A stretch of DNA of 64,000 nt from an uncultured Chlamydiae bacterium (GTDB taxonomy: Bacteria; Chlamydiota; Chlamydiia; Chlamydiales; Parachlamydiaceae), in the NCBI GenBank assembly GCA_963754655.1, contig CAVWGN010000001.1, positions 704,001 to 768,000 of the forward strand, written 5' to 3'. The notes beneath the pieces are model-generated. The model was not told the origin of the DNA, did no database searches, and worked only from the letters and a program-made list of their open reading frames with translations. Every line of letters begins with the position of its first letter. Position 1 is the first letter of the stretch. Positions 10,766 through 21,476 of the stretch are shown piece after piece. A program made the position numbers and the translations under genes.

Positions 10766-11440
10766 TTACCGGACATTAAGACAGGCAAAAAGAGCTTTGA
10801 TCTCTTGATCTTCCTCGCGTCCTACAACGGCCAGCTGTCCTTGCCCCTCTGCTGTTGTTCCAGGCAAGCGCAAGCGATTGAGATGGGTCAATCCCAATCG
10901 AATTAAAGCTGCTTCAGCGACAATGACGCCGTCTGCTTCGCCCGTCTCCAGTTTGGCTAGGCGTTGCTCAATCGTACCTCGAAGATCGCAAAAGCTTAAG
11001 TCTGATCTCAATTGCTTCACCATTTCTTCGCGCCTGATCGAAGAAGTGGCAATTTTTGCTCCCGGTGCCAAGCTTCGCAGTGTTTCATCCGGACGCAACA
11101 CAAGAACGTCGGAAGAGTCGACGCCGCGCGTGAGGCAAAAAAGAATTAGCCCTTTTGCCAAGGGAATTGGCAGATCTTTAGCCGAGTGAATGCCCACGCG
11201 ACCGCTTGCTTGCAAAACCCAAGTATCGATGTCTTTTGTAAAAAAATCGGTGCGATCCAGCGTGCGCAGTGAAGTCACCTGGTCCCGATCCCCGATAGTA
11301 GATAAATAGTGAATTTCAAAATGAATATGAGGGTGATGTTGCTGCAAAGCGCCATAGATTTCTTTGACCTGTGCTTTTGAAAGTGGGGACGAACGTGCCC
11401 CCACCTGCAGGGTGAGGATAGCGTTATCTGAGCACTGCAT
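10766..11440 (-). CDS. hemC: Hydroxymethylbilane synthase, short form lacking the C-terminal domain
   Basis: GARSSPLS, TIGDR, FTKDID, HSAKDLP, TSSIRR, LRGTIEQRL and GQGQLAV motifs; likely start ATG 11440 overlapping the radA end. Confidence 0.9.
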   Translation of the reverse strand: MQCSDNAILTLQVGARSSPLSKAQVKEIYGALQQHHPHIHFEIHYLSTIGDRDQVTSLRTLDRTDFFTKDIDTWVLQASGRVGIHSAKDLPIPLAKGLILFCLTRGVDSSDVLVLRPDETLRSLAPGAKIATSSIRREEMVKQLRSDLSFCDLRGTIEQRLAKLETGEADGVIVAEAALIRLGLTHLNRLRLPGTTAEGQGQLAVVGREEDQEIKALFACLNVR

Positions 11441-12794
11441 TGATAGCCTCTTCCACAAATTCAACACCTTGAATCTTAATTTTATTATGCAAATCTTCGG
11501 CAATACCCTTGACATTGCGCTTGGGAATGATACAGCATTGAAATCCCATGTGAATGGCTTCTTTTAATCGACTTTCAATGCGATGCACACTGCGCACTTC
11601 GCCGCCGAGCCCCACTTCTCCCACAACCGTTGTTTCGGAATTCAAAATCCGGTTTTGCATGGAGGATGCCACGGCTAAGAGAATGCCCAAGTCAATGGCA
11701 GGTTCCAAAATGCGTAATCCACCAGCTACTGAGACAAAAACATCGCAGCGATGAAGGTGATATCCCATGCGCTTCTCTAGCACGGCAAGCAAAAGAGCAA
11801 GTCTATTTTGATCAATTCCCGTACATCGTCTTGAGGGTGTACTAAAAACTGTATCGGTAACTAACGCTTGAACCTCAACCAGAATGGGCCGCGAGCCTTC
11901 CAAAGTGGGAATAATGACAGATCCGCTGATTTCTTTTCGACGCTCTTCAAGAAAAAGTTCTGAAGGATTGGGAACCTCAACAAGTCCCGATTGCTTCATT
12001 TGGAAAACCGCAATCTCATCTGTAGGGCCAAAGCGATTTTTGACGACGCGAATCATCCGGTAATTATGCTGTTTGTCGCCTTCAAAATAAAGCACAGTAT
12101 CGACTAAATGCTCTAAAACGCGGGGTCCCGCAATCTCGCCTGATTTGGTTACATGGCCAATCAAAAAAGTTGCAATTCCTCTTCCCTTAGCTAAATGCAT
12201 AAATTCTGCTGTTGTTTCCCTAACCTGTGAAACAGAGCCTGGAGCAGACGTGATTTCGCTTTTATAAACGATTTGAATAGAATCGATGATTAAGACATCA
12301 GGATTGATTTGGTCAATTTGATTTTTAATAAGCGAAAAATTTGTTTCGCACAGCAAAAGCAGATGATCAGTCTGAATATTTAAACGATGCGCTCGCAATG
12401 ACGTTTGCTCAACCGATTCTTCCCCGCAAACATAGAGGACGACAAGACCTTGTTTGGCGAGCGAATGAGAAAGTTGTAGGAGAAGAGTGGATTTACCAAT
12501 TCCTGGATCGCCGCCTACTAAAGTAAGCGATCCGGGAACAATTCCTCCTCCCAGCAGGCGATCGCATTCGCCAATTTGAGTCAAAATGCGAGGCATGTCT
12601 TGCAGTTTGACATCATTGATTTTGATAGGATGACTTGCCTGAGGAGATTGAGCTTCAAAGCGACGAGATAAAGAAGACATTTCTAATTCTTCTTGAAACG
12701 TATTCCATTGATTACAAGAAGGACATTGACCTATCCATTTAAATTGTTTTTGTCCGCATTCGGAGCAATACCAAACGCTCTTTTGCTTGGCCAT
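11424..12794 (-). CDS. radA: DNA repair protein RadA/Sms
   Basis: C4 Zn finger, GDPGIGKST, KNRFG motif and Lon-like C-terminus. Confidence 0.97.
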   Translation of the reverse strand: MAKQKSVWYCSECGQKQFKWIGQCPSCNQWNTFQEELEMSSLSRRFEAQSPQASHPIKINDVKLQDMPRILTQIGECDRLLGGGIVPGSLTLVGGDPGIGKSTLLLQLSHSLAKQGLVVLYVCGEESVEQTSLRAHRLNIQTDHLLLLCETNFSLIKNQIDQINPDVLIIDSIQIVYKSEITSAPGSVSQVRETTAEFMHLAKGRGIATFLIGHVTKSGEIAGPRVLEHLVDTVLYFEGDKQHNYRMIRVVKNRFGPTDEIAVFQMKQSGLVEVPNPSELFLEERRKEISGSVIIPTLEGSRPILVEVQALVTDTVFSTPSRRCTGIDQNRLALLLAVLEKRMGYHLHRCDVFVSVAGGLRILEPAIDLGILLAVASSMQNRILNSETTVVGEVGLGGEVRSVHRIESRLKEAIHMGFQCCIIPKRNVKGIAEDLHNKIKIQGVEFVEEAINAVLR

Positions 12795-12847
12795 AACAGA
12801 ACCTTTCTTTGACTGTTAAATGAAGAGTTAAAAACCAACAATTTGGT

Positions 12848-13567
12848 TTAAGAGCAAAGTTCAGGAAGATTAAATCGAGAGAGGGCATCAGCAGCAGCAG
12901 CTTGTTGAGCTTCTTTTTTTGAAGCTCCTTTTCCTTGACCCAATTCTTGTTGATTGATGAGAACAGAAATTTCAAAGATCTTGCTGTGATCGGGACCGGA
13001 TGCTTGTAAGACCTGGTAAATCGGTGTTTGTTGGTAGTTCTTTTGACAATAATCTTGCAGTAGAGCTTTCCAATTGCGTAGGGGAGTTTTCAAAATACTT
13101 TCAATTTGCGAAGTAAAATTATGAAATAAAAAATGCTTGGCTGCTTCTAATCCTCCATCAAGGTAAATGGCTCCAATAATGGCCTCAAATAAATCGGCCA
13201 ATATAGACTCACGCCCGCGTCCATCATTCATTCGCTCCCCTTTGCCTAATAAAATGTAAGAAGCGATCCCGAGACTTTGCACATAATTCACGCATGAGCT
13301 AGCCTCTACAAGGCGCGATCTTAAATAGGAGAGTTGCCCTTCAGCAGTTGATGGCAGATACTGATAAAGATAATCCGAAATCAACATTCCCAAAATAGCA
13401 TCTCCTAAAAATTCCAATCGTTCGTTATGCTGAGTCATCTTGCGATTTTCATTAATAAAAGAGCGATGTACAAAAGCGAGTATCAAGAGTGAACGTTCGC
13501 GAAAAGTGTAACCGAGCTTCGTTTCGATAGTAGAAAGGTGCTGATGTAAATATTCCATTTGATTCAT
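12848..13567 (-). CDS. rnc: Ribonuclease III
   Basis: HNERLEFLGDAIL, ADLFEAIIGAIYLDGG and dsRBD (GKGASKKEAQQAAA); likely start ATG 13567 (track 13588). Confidence 0.97.
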   Translation of the reverse strand: MNQMEYLHQHLSTIETKLGYTFRERSLLILAFVHRSFINENRKMTQHNERLEFLGDAILGMLISDYLYQYLPSTAEGQLSYLRSRLVEASSCVNYVQSLGIASYILLGKGERMNDGRGRESILADLFEAIIGAIYLDGGLEAAKHFLFHNFTSQIESILKTPLRNWKALLQDYCQKNYQQTPIYQVLQASGPDHSKIFEISVLINQQELGQGKGASKKEAQQAAAADALSRFNLPELCS

Positions 13568-13648
13568 ACAAAGTATTGTAGGCAACAATACCTTTTTCTG
13601 CTAGTCTTATTATACGAAATTTTTTCTGTTTAACTCTTAGTATGTATT

Positions 13649-14371
13649 ATGAAATTTGCCACGGCCAAAGAACATAGAGATTTTTTTCAAAAGCAGGGAT
13701 GGATTGAGTTTGAGGGTTTGCTTTCCAAGGACCAATTGGTCTTAGCTAACCAAGCCATTGATCAAGTCCTCGCCGAACGCTTAAAGGCTTCTTCTGAGCG
13801 CTTGCGCTTGTTGCCTTCTGAAAAATTTTATTTACAAGGACATGATGTCTGGCGTTCCAATCCCATTTTGCAAAAACTCGCCACTCAAACGCGTTTTGCT
13901 GAAATTGCCACTGAGCTCATTGAAAAAAAGCCTTTGCGTTTGGGTTATGATCAGTTTTTTCTGGCTCACCAACAAGTGTCGTATGTCCAAGAAGCTCCAT
14001 CTCCTTATTTCCATTTTCTCGAACAGATTACCTCTTTGGAAGAGGTCAGTTGTGTGCGAGGAGTTGCCTGTGGCTTGTTATTGGCTCTAGGGGGAAAAGA
14101 ACGTGTGCCTTTGGAAAAAATTGTTTCAGAAGGCATTGATGTTTTTCCAAATCAGCCAGGCAATGTCATTTTCTTTCAACCCAATGTTTTAGTGAATTGG
14201 GGCCGTCTATATGCGCAGCCGGGAAAGCGGTTTTACATGATTGTCTATGCATCGGCTTCTGCTTATTATCAATTGCAGCCTAAAGATCCTCATACCCACG
14301 CATTTAAGCGTATAGGCTATGTTTTTAATGATAAATTGACCGATAAACTCAATCCGATTGTTTATCGGTAA
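13649..14371 (+). CDS. Chlamydial protein with PhyH/2-oxoglutarate dioxygenase-like fold (possibly DcrA/CT296-like)
   Basis: N-terminal FFQKQGWIEFEGLLS resembles a PhyH start; divergent from rnc, as I recall for CT296. Confidence 0.55.
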   Translation: MKFATAKEHRDFFQKQGWIEFEGLLSKDQLVLANQAIDQVLAERLKASSERLRLLPSEKFYLQGHDVWRSNPILQKLATQTRFAEIATELIEKKPLRLGYDQFFLAHQQVSYVQEAPSPYFHFLEQITSLEEVSCVRGVACGLLLALGGKERVPLEKIVSEGIDVFPNQPGNVIFFQPNVLVNWGRLYAQPGKRFYMIVYASASAYYQLQPKDPHTHAFKRIGYVFNDKLTDKLNPIVYR

Positions 14372-14374
14372 GGC

Positions 14375-15100
14375 ATGAGCTCCTCTTGGCGGGTAATAGA
14401 CTCGGGCTTTTTGTCTCCCGAAGTCATTATGGCTAAAGATGCGGCTTTGCTCGCTCAGCTAGACCCTTTAGGTCCTTCTTTTTTGCATTTTTATGACTGG
14501 AACACTCCCTGTTTGACCTATGGCTACTTTACTGAACTTGCTCATCATCTCGATTTAGATGCTTTGCAAGGGCAAGGATTGCAAGCAGCCCGTCGTCCAA
14601 CAGGAGGAGGTATCATCTTTCATTTGTCGGATCTCGCATTTTCAGTTTTAATTCCAGCCGCTCATCCTCATTTTTCTTTTAATACCTTGGATAACTATGC
14701 TTTTATCAATCAAAGGGTAGCAGAGGGAATTGCCCATTTTGCGGCACACTCTTTGCAGCCTCAGCTTCTTAGTCAAGAACCTCTTTGCTTGGGCAAAGAA
14801 TGTCATGCTTTTTGCATGGCAAAGCCAACTCAGTATGATGTCATCATTCAAGGAAAAAAGGTAGGAGGCGCTGCTCAGCGGCGCACAAAACAAGGATTGC
14901 TTCATCAAGCCAGTCTTTCGCTTCTTTTTCCTCCTATCGAATTATTGTGCAAGGTTCTCAAGCAGGAGGAGGCAATTTTAAAGGCAATGAAAGAGTGGAG
15001 TTATTGCTTGCTTCCAGAACATTCGACAGAGCAAGAACTTTGGGAAGCGCGCGGAGAGCTTAAGGAAATTTTGAAAATGACTTTATTCTCTAGTTCTTAA
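14375..15100 (+). CDS. lplA: Lipoate-protein ligase A family protein
   Basis: RRPTGGGIIFH and GKKVGGAAQRR motifs. Confidence 0.85.
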   Translation: MSSSWRVIDSGFLSPEVIMAKDAALLAQLDPLGPSFLHFYDWNTPCLTYGYFTELAHHLDLDALQGQGLQAARRPTGGGIIFHLSDLAFSVLIPAAHPHFSFNTLDNYAFINQRVAEGIAHFAAHSLQPQLLSQEPLCLGKECHAFCMAKPTQYDVIIQGKKVGGAAQRRTKQGLLHQASLSLLFPPIELLCKVLKQEEAILKAMKEWSYCLLPEHSTEQELWEARGELKEILKMTLFSSS

Positions 15101-15106
15101 ATTCAA

Positions 15107-15667
15107 TCAAGATTTTATTTGAGCAGTTGTCTCTCCCATTATAGGAGGGAGTTCTTTAATCAGGTGATCTTCTTTTGGTAGAGTCGTTTGACCGGCACGG
15201 ACAATACACCAATAAGCAAATCCCAGAGATAAAATTAAGACTGCCATTCCCACCATGTGCCAATCCTTGACTTGGTCATAGTCGAGAATGATGACCTTTC
15301 GTGCAATGGCCATAAGAGCCGTGGCAATGACTAATTTTAAATGACCCATATCCTTTTTAAGATACAAAATGATATTAATAAAAATTTCAATTGCAATCAA
15401 AACCATAAGAAAGCCTCCAAAGATGGTCAGCACTTCATCTATATCAGTAATTAATAAATAAGGTTCTTGAGCCTTTAAAAACATGATACTAATGACGTCA
15501 GCTATGCTCCAAAGGATGACGATAACCATAAAAAATGCCAAAACTTTGACGCTCCAAAGAATCACGCGCTGCAAGAAATTGATGAAGGGACTGTTGAGCT
15601 CAATCGGAAAGTTCGTTTCATCGCCTTTCATACTTTTCCTCATCATTGATAAGTTGAAAAATTTCAT
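15107..15667 (-). CDS. PsiE-family (phosphate-starvation-inducible) membrane protein
   Basis: Four TM segments with LIAIEIF and ATALMAIARKVIILD motifs. Confidence 0.8.
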   Translation of the reverse strand: MKFFNLSMMRKSMKGDETNFPIELNSPFINFLQRVILWSVKVLAFFMVIVILWSIADVISIMFLKAQEPYLLITDIDEVLTIFGGFLMVLIAIEIFINIILYLKKDMGHLKLVIATALMAIARKVIILDYDQVKDWHMVGMAVLILSLGFAYWCIVRAGQTTLPKEDHLIKELPPIMGETTAQIKS

Positions 15668-15852
15668 TCTTTAAACAATTAGGATTTAAAATCAAATCAT
15701 ATTTAATTATAATTTTACATTTTATTATTAAATTTCATAGAGTTTCATTTAAGATGAGGTGGTTATTGCTCTAAAAAGAGTTTGTAGGAAAGGAAGTTTT
15801 TGATAAGATTGATCATCAAGAAATTGGATTTAAATCTGGAGATTATATACCC

Positions 15853-18288
15853 ATGCTCGACTTTTTTCGCAGGCACCAGCGCTATTTTTTCTTCGTTATT
15901 ACAATTGTTATTATTATCTCTTTTTCCTTTTTTGGAACATATAGCACGTTAGGTTCTAACACCTGGCGCGAACAAATTGCATTTAAAGCGATTAATGGAC
16001 GAGAAGTCACACGTTCAGATGTTGATGAAATGGCTCTTTTCCTGGCGACGGACAATGAAGATAAGATGCTTTATGGGGGTGCTTGGGGCCCGAATTTTCT
16101 CAATGATGGGATCATTCGTAAAGATTTTCTTGAGACAGGTTTAGGGGTAGAGCTTGGCCTTGCTTATCAAGAGGATTTAGAAGATGATATAAATAAGCGT
16201 TTAGCAAAGGAAAAAAGGTATACGCTTTATTCTCATCCTCAAGCTCCTTTTTTGAGCGTGGATAGCGTTTGGAGTTATTTTGCTCCTCAAATGAATACCT
16301 ATTTTAATTCTCTACAAACAGCTCAAAATGGGTTGGATTCAAATGCTTTTAATAGTCGAGTTCAACTTTATTTAGCTGAAAAACAAGTGCCAGCTTCTAC
16401 ATTGCGGTATATCTTGCGCTATCAAGAAAAACAATATAATTGGTTAAAGCCTGATGAACGGCTTAATCAAATGGACCTGTCCTTATTTGGCTATCATACT
16501 TTAGAGGATTGGTTTGGTCCTCATTTTACCCGTTTGATCAGTGAGTTTATTATCAATGCTGCGATTTTGGCAGAAAATGAGGGATATGAGGTTTCAAAAG
16601 CTGAAGTTTTAACAGATTTAGTGCGCAATACGCAGATGAGCTATCAGCAAAATAAAAACAATCCTAATTTAGGAGTGACCTCTCCAGAAGAATATTTAAG
16701 TGAGCAATTGCGACGTATGAACATGGACCAAGCGCGTGCCATTAAAATTTGGCGTCAAGTGCTTTTGTTTCGACGCTATTTTCAGGATGCAGGCGCAAAT
16801 GCATTGGTGGATAGTCTGATGAGTCAAAAATTTCATCACTTTTCTCATGAAAATGTCACAGTTGATCTCTATCGTTTGCCCGCTGAATTAAGATTGGCTA
16901 ATTTTGATGACTTACAAAAATTAGAGGCTTATTTGTATGCAGTGACTAAGCAAAATAAGGGCGATCCTTTAGCTATTCCTCATGAGTTTTTGCCTGTTGT
17001 GGATGTTGCCAAGAAACATCCTGAACTTGTGCAAAAACGTTATGTTTTAGAAGTTGCAAAGGTCAATCAGAAAACATTGCAAGCGCGAATTGGATTACGT
17101 GAGCTATGGAATTGGGAGGTGGAGGATCAAAATTGGCAAGCATTGATTCAGCAATTTCCGACTTTGGGCGTGAAACTAGGCAATACGCGCGAAGAGCGTT
17201 CTGAAGCTCTCGAGAGCTTGGAGTCTACCATTCGTTCTGTAGTGGATGCCTTTGCCAAACAAGCGATTGTTAAAGCGCATCCTGAATGGATTAAGCAGGC
17301 ACTAAATGAAGCCAAACCTGAAAAAATGGTGGTGGGGTTACGTACGCAAGGGGGGAAAATGCCATTCAGTGGCTTGGAAGAGGAAGAGCAGCGTCAAAAA
17401 TTTATCCGATTATTGGATGGAGCACCTCTTGGAGAGAATGTAGCCGTTAATTCTCCGCTTTATGATTTTAGTGCCGATCAACAAACTTATTATCGTATTG
17501 CAGTTTTAGATCGTGCGGATACGCAAGAAATGTTAACTTTTGGTGAGGCACGTACGGATGGGACATTGGATAAAGTGCTTGATCGTATTCTAGAAAAATA
17601 CTACGTCACAATTCGCGATAAAAATCCTTCAGTCTACAAAAAAAATGGCGCGGAATGGCTAACTTTTCAAGATGCGCGCGATTTAGTGGCTGATCAATAT
17701 TTTAAAAAATTCATTCAAGCTTTAGAACCTATTCAGAAGAATTTATCCATGGAAGAAAAAACATCTATAAGCAAAGATCAATCTGCTTCCTTGCGTCTTT
17801 ATGCTTATTTGAAAACAATTAAAGAAGAATTAGAAAAAGATGCAGCGCAAGCTGAGCGATGGATTAAATCTCCATTAGAAGAAGGGGAACAGACAGCGTC
17901 ATTGACACAACGTCCTGTGCTTACTGAGCAATGGAAAATTGAAAAGGCGACCCTTACGCTTAATCGACAAAATCCTGATCAAGCAGTAGATGTGACAGAA
18001 GCCTTGGCCTTAAGTGTCAATGCTTGGTCGCCGCTTAAAACGCCGCCAAATGGTGATCTTGTCTTCTATCAAGTGAAAGATCGTAGCACAACAGACCAGC
18101 AATCAGCGATCATTGCTGAACAAGTCAGAGAAGCACAATCTTTGTTAGGAGATGAAGCGCAACGACACCTCATGCGGCAAGTTTTGCAGGAGTTGAAAAG
18201 CCATAATGCCATCTCTCTGGCTTATTTAAAGGCTCCCATCGATGAAGTTCCAACTCAAGAATCCGAGACTGTGGAAACTGGATATTAA
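15853..18288 (+). CDS. Membrane-anchored periplasmic chaperone-like protein (SurA-N/PpiD-like N-terminus)
   Basis: MLDFFRRHQR plus TM anchor and INGREVT, typical of PpiD-like N-termini. Confidence 0.55.
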   Translation: MLDFFRRHQRYFFFVITIVIIISFSFFGTYSTLGSNTWREQIAFKAINGREVTRSDVDEMALFLATDNEDKMLYGGAWGPNFLNDGIIRKDFLETGLGVELGLAYQEDLEDDINKRLAKEKRYTLYSHPQAPFLSVDSVWSYFAPQMNTYFNSLQTAQNGLDSNAFNSRVQLYLAEKQVPASTLRYILRYQEKQYNWLKPDERLNQMDLSLFGYHTLEDWFGPHFTRLISEFIINAAILAENEGYEVSKAEVLTDLVRNTQMSYQQNKNNPNLGVTSPEEYLSEQLRRMNMDQARAIKIWRQVLLFRRYFQDAGANALVDSLMSQKFHHFSHENVTVDLYRLPAELRLANFDDLQKLEAYLYAVTKQNKGDPLAIPHEFLPVVDVAKKHPELVQKRYVLEVAKVNQKTLQARIGLRELWNWEVEDQNWQALIQQFPTLGVKLGNTREERSEALESLESTIRSVVDAFAKQAIVKAHPEWIKQALNEAKPEKMVVGLRTQGGKMPFSGLEEEEQRQKFIRLLDGAPLGENVAVNSPLYDFSADQQTYYRIAVLDRADTQEMLTFGEARTDGTLDKVLDRILEKYYVTIRDKNPSVYKKNGAEWLTFQDARDLVADQYFKKFIQALEPIQKNLSMEEKTSISKDQSASLRLYAYLKTIKEELEKDAAQAERWIKSPLEEGEQTASLTQRPVLTEQWKIEKATLTLNRQNPDQAVDVTEALALSVNAWSPLKTPPNGDLVFYQVKDRSTTDQQSAIIAEQVREAQSLLGDEAQRHLMRQVLQELKSHNAISLAYLKAPIDEVPTQESETVETGY

Positions 18289-18300
18289 CATATAGCAATG

Positions 18301-18327
18301 AGCTAAGCGATGAGGCGTCGCTTAGCT
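18301..18327 (+). terminator. Hairpin related to the family B arm tip; probable terminator
   Basis: AGCTAAGCGA-tgaggcg-TCGCTTAGCT followed by T-rich sequence, 12 bp after the stop at 18288. Confidence 0.55.
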
Positions 18328-18593
18328 TGCTTTCTCTTGTAGCTTAATGTGTATGCGTAGCATTACATTACTAATCACCAACACGTCCAAACTATAGAGC
18401 CTTTCTCAGTTATAAAACAAATAAAAGCTATTTAACTCAATTCTGTATTGCTACAACAGCCTCTTTTTTTATTCTTTTGAAAGCACATTTAAAGTTTAAC
18501 GCCATCCCCCCTTCAGCCTTATATTTCGATTTTGGAATGAAGAATGACAAACCAAATGATTTAAGAAAAACAGGACTCATTTGATTTGAAAAT

Positions 18594-20504
18594 TTAGATT
18601 TGCAAATTGAAAAGCCTCGTCATTTTGCTGAAAACGGTATTTGAGACAAACTCAAGATCTTTTTTAAAGCTTTCATCTGCATATTCAAGAGCCATACTAT
18701 CTTGCTGAACGGCAATCAAGACAATCTCTCGATCCTTTTTAAAGCTTTCATCTGCATATTGAAGAGCTCGGCCAGCTTGAGTAACGGCAGCTAAGACAAT
18801 GTCTCGATCTTTTTTAAGGCTATCATCTGCATAGAGAAGAGTCCAGCCATTTTGCTGAACGACAGTTAAGACAATGTCTCGATCTTTTTGAAAGCTTTCA
18901 TCTGCAAATTGAATAGCATAGCCATTTTGCTGAACGGCAGCCAAGACAATCTCTCGATCTTTTTGAAAGCTTTCATTCGCATATTTAAGGGTCCGGCCGG
19001 CTTGCTGAACGGTAGTCAAGACAAGGTCTCGATCTTTTCTAAGGCTTTCATCTGCAAGTTGAAAAGCCTCGGCATTTTTCTGAACAGCAGCTAGGACAAT
19101 CTCTCGATCTTTTTTACAGTTTTCATCTGCATATTGAAGAGCCCTGCCATCTTGCTTAACAGCAGCCAAGACAATCTCTCGATCTTTTTTACAGTTTTCA
19201 TCTGCATATTGAAGAGCCCTGCCATCTTGCTTAACAGCAGCCAAGACAATGTCTCGATCTTTTTTAAGGTTATCATCTGCATAGTAAAGAGCGTAGCCAT
19301 TTTGCTGAATGGCAGCCAAGACAATCTTTCGATCTTTTTTAAAGCTTTCATCTGCAAATTGAAGAACTGAGCCATTTTGCTGAATGGCAGCCAAGACAAT
19401 CTCTCGATCTTTTTTAAAGCTTTCATCTGCAAATTGAAGAGCGTTGCCATTTTGCCGAACAGCAGCTAAGACAATGTCTTGATCTTCTTTAAGGCTTTCA
19501 TCTGCATAGTAAAGAGCATAGCCAGTTTGCTGAACGGCAGCCAAGACAATGTCTCGATCTTTTTTAAAGCTTTCATTTGCATATTTAAGAGCTCGGCCAT
19601 TTTGCTGAACAACAGCCAAGACAAACTCTCGATTCTTTTGAAGGCTTTCATCTGCATATCGAAAAGCACTTCTAGCTTGATTAATGGCAGCTAAGACAAT
19701 GTCTCGATCTTTTTTAAAACTTTCATCTGCATGGTAAAGAGCCTCGCCTTTTTGCTGAACGGCAGCTAAGACAATCTCTCGATCTTTTTTAAAACTTTCA
19801 TCAAAAACAGAATATCCAAAATAGCGAGCAACTTGTATAAAAATTTTTTTATTGTTAAAATTGGGATATTTTTCAAGCGTGGAGATGACCTCTTCTCTTG
19901 CCCGGTCCAAGAGATTGTCTCTATCACCCAAATAAAGTTTTGCGATAAAATCATTTTTGATCATCATGAGTCTTTGATCGTCAGAGCCCCATATAAGAGA
20001 ATTTAAAATAGACAATTGCCTTTCGGCCACTTGCCCGATGTTCTTATTGGCGCTGGTTTTGCAAAGTCGGGAATGCCATGAATAGTGATCCAAAAGAGAA
20101 AGAAATAAACTGTTAGCGCAAAATAAAGGGGATTGAACCATTAACAATTTTTCAAATTTTTCTCCATTACTGCTGGCTCGATCAATCAATGTAAGTTCTT
20201 GAGATGTAAAAGACGTCTTTTGCTCAGTTGCAAGATATTCTCGGGGAAGGTTAATAGGGGAGTGAGGATTCTGTTTAAGTTGAAAAAGAGTCTGCGCTAA
20301 GGAAATGCAAGGATTTTGCTCAAAAACTCTTTTCCATCTTGTACAAGTAAGTAAAATAGAAGCAATATCACTTAAAAGTGACCTTTCTTGATTGACAATC
20401 CGATCAAAAAAAATTTCTAATATCTCATCGGGAAGTAAAGTGTTTAAGCAAACTTCGTTTAAAATGGTTTGCACGGCTTGTGAACTAACAAGCGTAAATT
20501 GCAT
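18594..20504 (-). CDS. F-box-like plus DUF4116-type 25-aa tandem repeat protein, paralogue 1
   Basis: LLPDEILEIFF..ILLTCTRWKRV F-box-like motif; 15 full repeats of consensus DESFKKDREIVLAAVQQNGxALxYA (75 bp each). Confidence 0.85.
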   Translation of the reverse strand: MQFTLVSSQAVQTILNEVCLNTLLPDEILEIFFDRIVNQERSLLSDIASILLTCTRWKRVFEQNPCISLAQTLFQLKQNPHSPINLPREYLATEQKTSFTSQELTLIDRASSNGEKFEKLLMVQSPLFCANSLFLSLLDHYSWHSRLCKTSANKNIGQVAERQLSILNSLIWGSDDQRLMMIKNDFIAKLYLGDRDNLLDRAREEVISTLEKYPNFNNKKIFIQVARYFGYSVFDESFKKDREIVLAAVQQKGEALYHADESFKKDRDIVLAAINQARSAFRYADESLQKNREFVLAVVQQNGRALKYANESFKKDRDIVLAAVQQTGYALYYADESLKEDQDIVLAAVRQNGNALQFADESFKKDREIVLAAIQQNGSVLQFADESFKKDRKIVLAAIQQNGYALYYADDNLKKDRDIVLAAVKQDGRALQYADENCKKDREIVLAAVKQDGRALQYADENCKKDREIVLAAVQKNAEAFQLADESLRKDRDLVLTTVQQAGRTLKYANESFQKDREIVLAAVQQNGYAIQFADESFQKDRDIVLTVVQQNGWTLLYADDSLKKDRDIVLAAVTQAGRALQYADESFKKDREIVLIAVQQDSMALEYADESFKKDLEFVSNTVFSKMTRLFNLQI

Positions 20505-20620
20505 AAATATCCTTTATTTAAATTTATATATTTTAATTTTTTTATTATTAATTTTATAGTAATTAAAATTTTAATATTATAAATATAATATATTAAATGC
20601 AACTCTCTCCTATGTTTTAC

Positions 20621-20940
20621 GGGTGTGATTAAATCTGGGAGTTTACATTTTTAGTAGATCGATACGAAATGGTAGAGCGGCGGTAGCCGCTTTCAGTGGG
20701 AAGCCCCGTATGAAGCGAGCTTGCGAGTGGAATGCGGGGATGGGCATCAATAAAATATAAACCGCGGAAGCGGTGGGAGTGATCTTACGCTGCTTCCGCA
20801 GCTCAATGCTATTTTGCCTACACCCCGCATTCCGCTCGCAAGCTCGCTTCATACGGGGCTTCCCACTGAAAGCGGCTACCGCCGCTCTACCATTCGTATC
20901 GATCTGCTAAAAATATAAACTTCCAGATTTAATCACACCC
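20621..20940. mobile_element. Palindromic MITE/REPIN family A, copy 1 (320 bp)
   Basis: GGGTGTGATTAA...TTAATCACACCC with about 120-130 bp inverted arms; 9-bp direct repeat ATGTTTTAC at 20612-20620 and 20941-20949. Confidence 0.9.
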
Positions 20941-21255
20941 ATGTTTTACTAAAAATATTTGACACTTACAGTCCTTCAGGTTGCATGACAACCCACTCAA
21001 CCCCAGGGGTTGCTTCATACGCATCAAGCTAAGAGATGAGCGTAGGCTACGCGACGCATTCAGTCGCCGCGCCGCTTCGCTCTGGGCTCTGTGTGTGGGG
21101 TTGAGGCCTTCGGTCGCCCTCCGGGCTCGGTCACGGTAGGCTATTACCAGTCGTCCTACGGACTCTAGCGGCAATTTAGAAGCCATTGAATGGTATTTAA
21201 GGCGTTCTGATATTGCCGCTAGAGTCCGTAGGACGACTGGTAATAGCCTACCGTT

Positions 21256-21397
21256 GGGACTTAACAAAGAACTGTTTTGGGCTTGATATTCATCGCGTCA
21301 ATTTAACAACACCACGCCTGTAACAGGCTTTAGGGGCATATTTCTCGAAAATGACGCGAAAAATAATCAAGCCAAAAACAGTTCTTTGTTAAGTCCC
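21256..21397. mobile_element. Family C MITE-like element, copy 1 (142 bp)
   Basis: About 32-bp terminal inverted repeats GGGACTTAACAAAGAACTGTTTTGGGCTTGAT; interior inverted relative to copies 2 and 3. Confidence 0.8.
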
Positions 21398-21476
21398 GGC
21401 ATATGGCTAGGTAATCGGAATTTTTTATCTTTATTTTTGCAATGTTGCTTGATCCATATCCTTTCCCTCAGCGACG

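Noticed and set aside
20643..21267. ORFs 20643-20852 and 20929-21267
   Set aside because: They lie almost entirely within GC-rich palindromes A, H and B and have no protein-like features.
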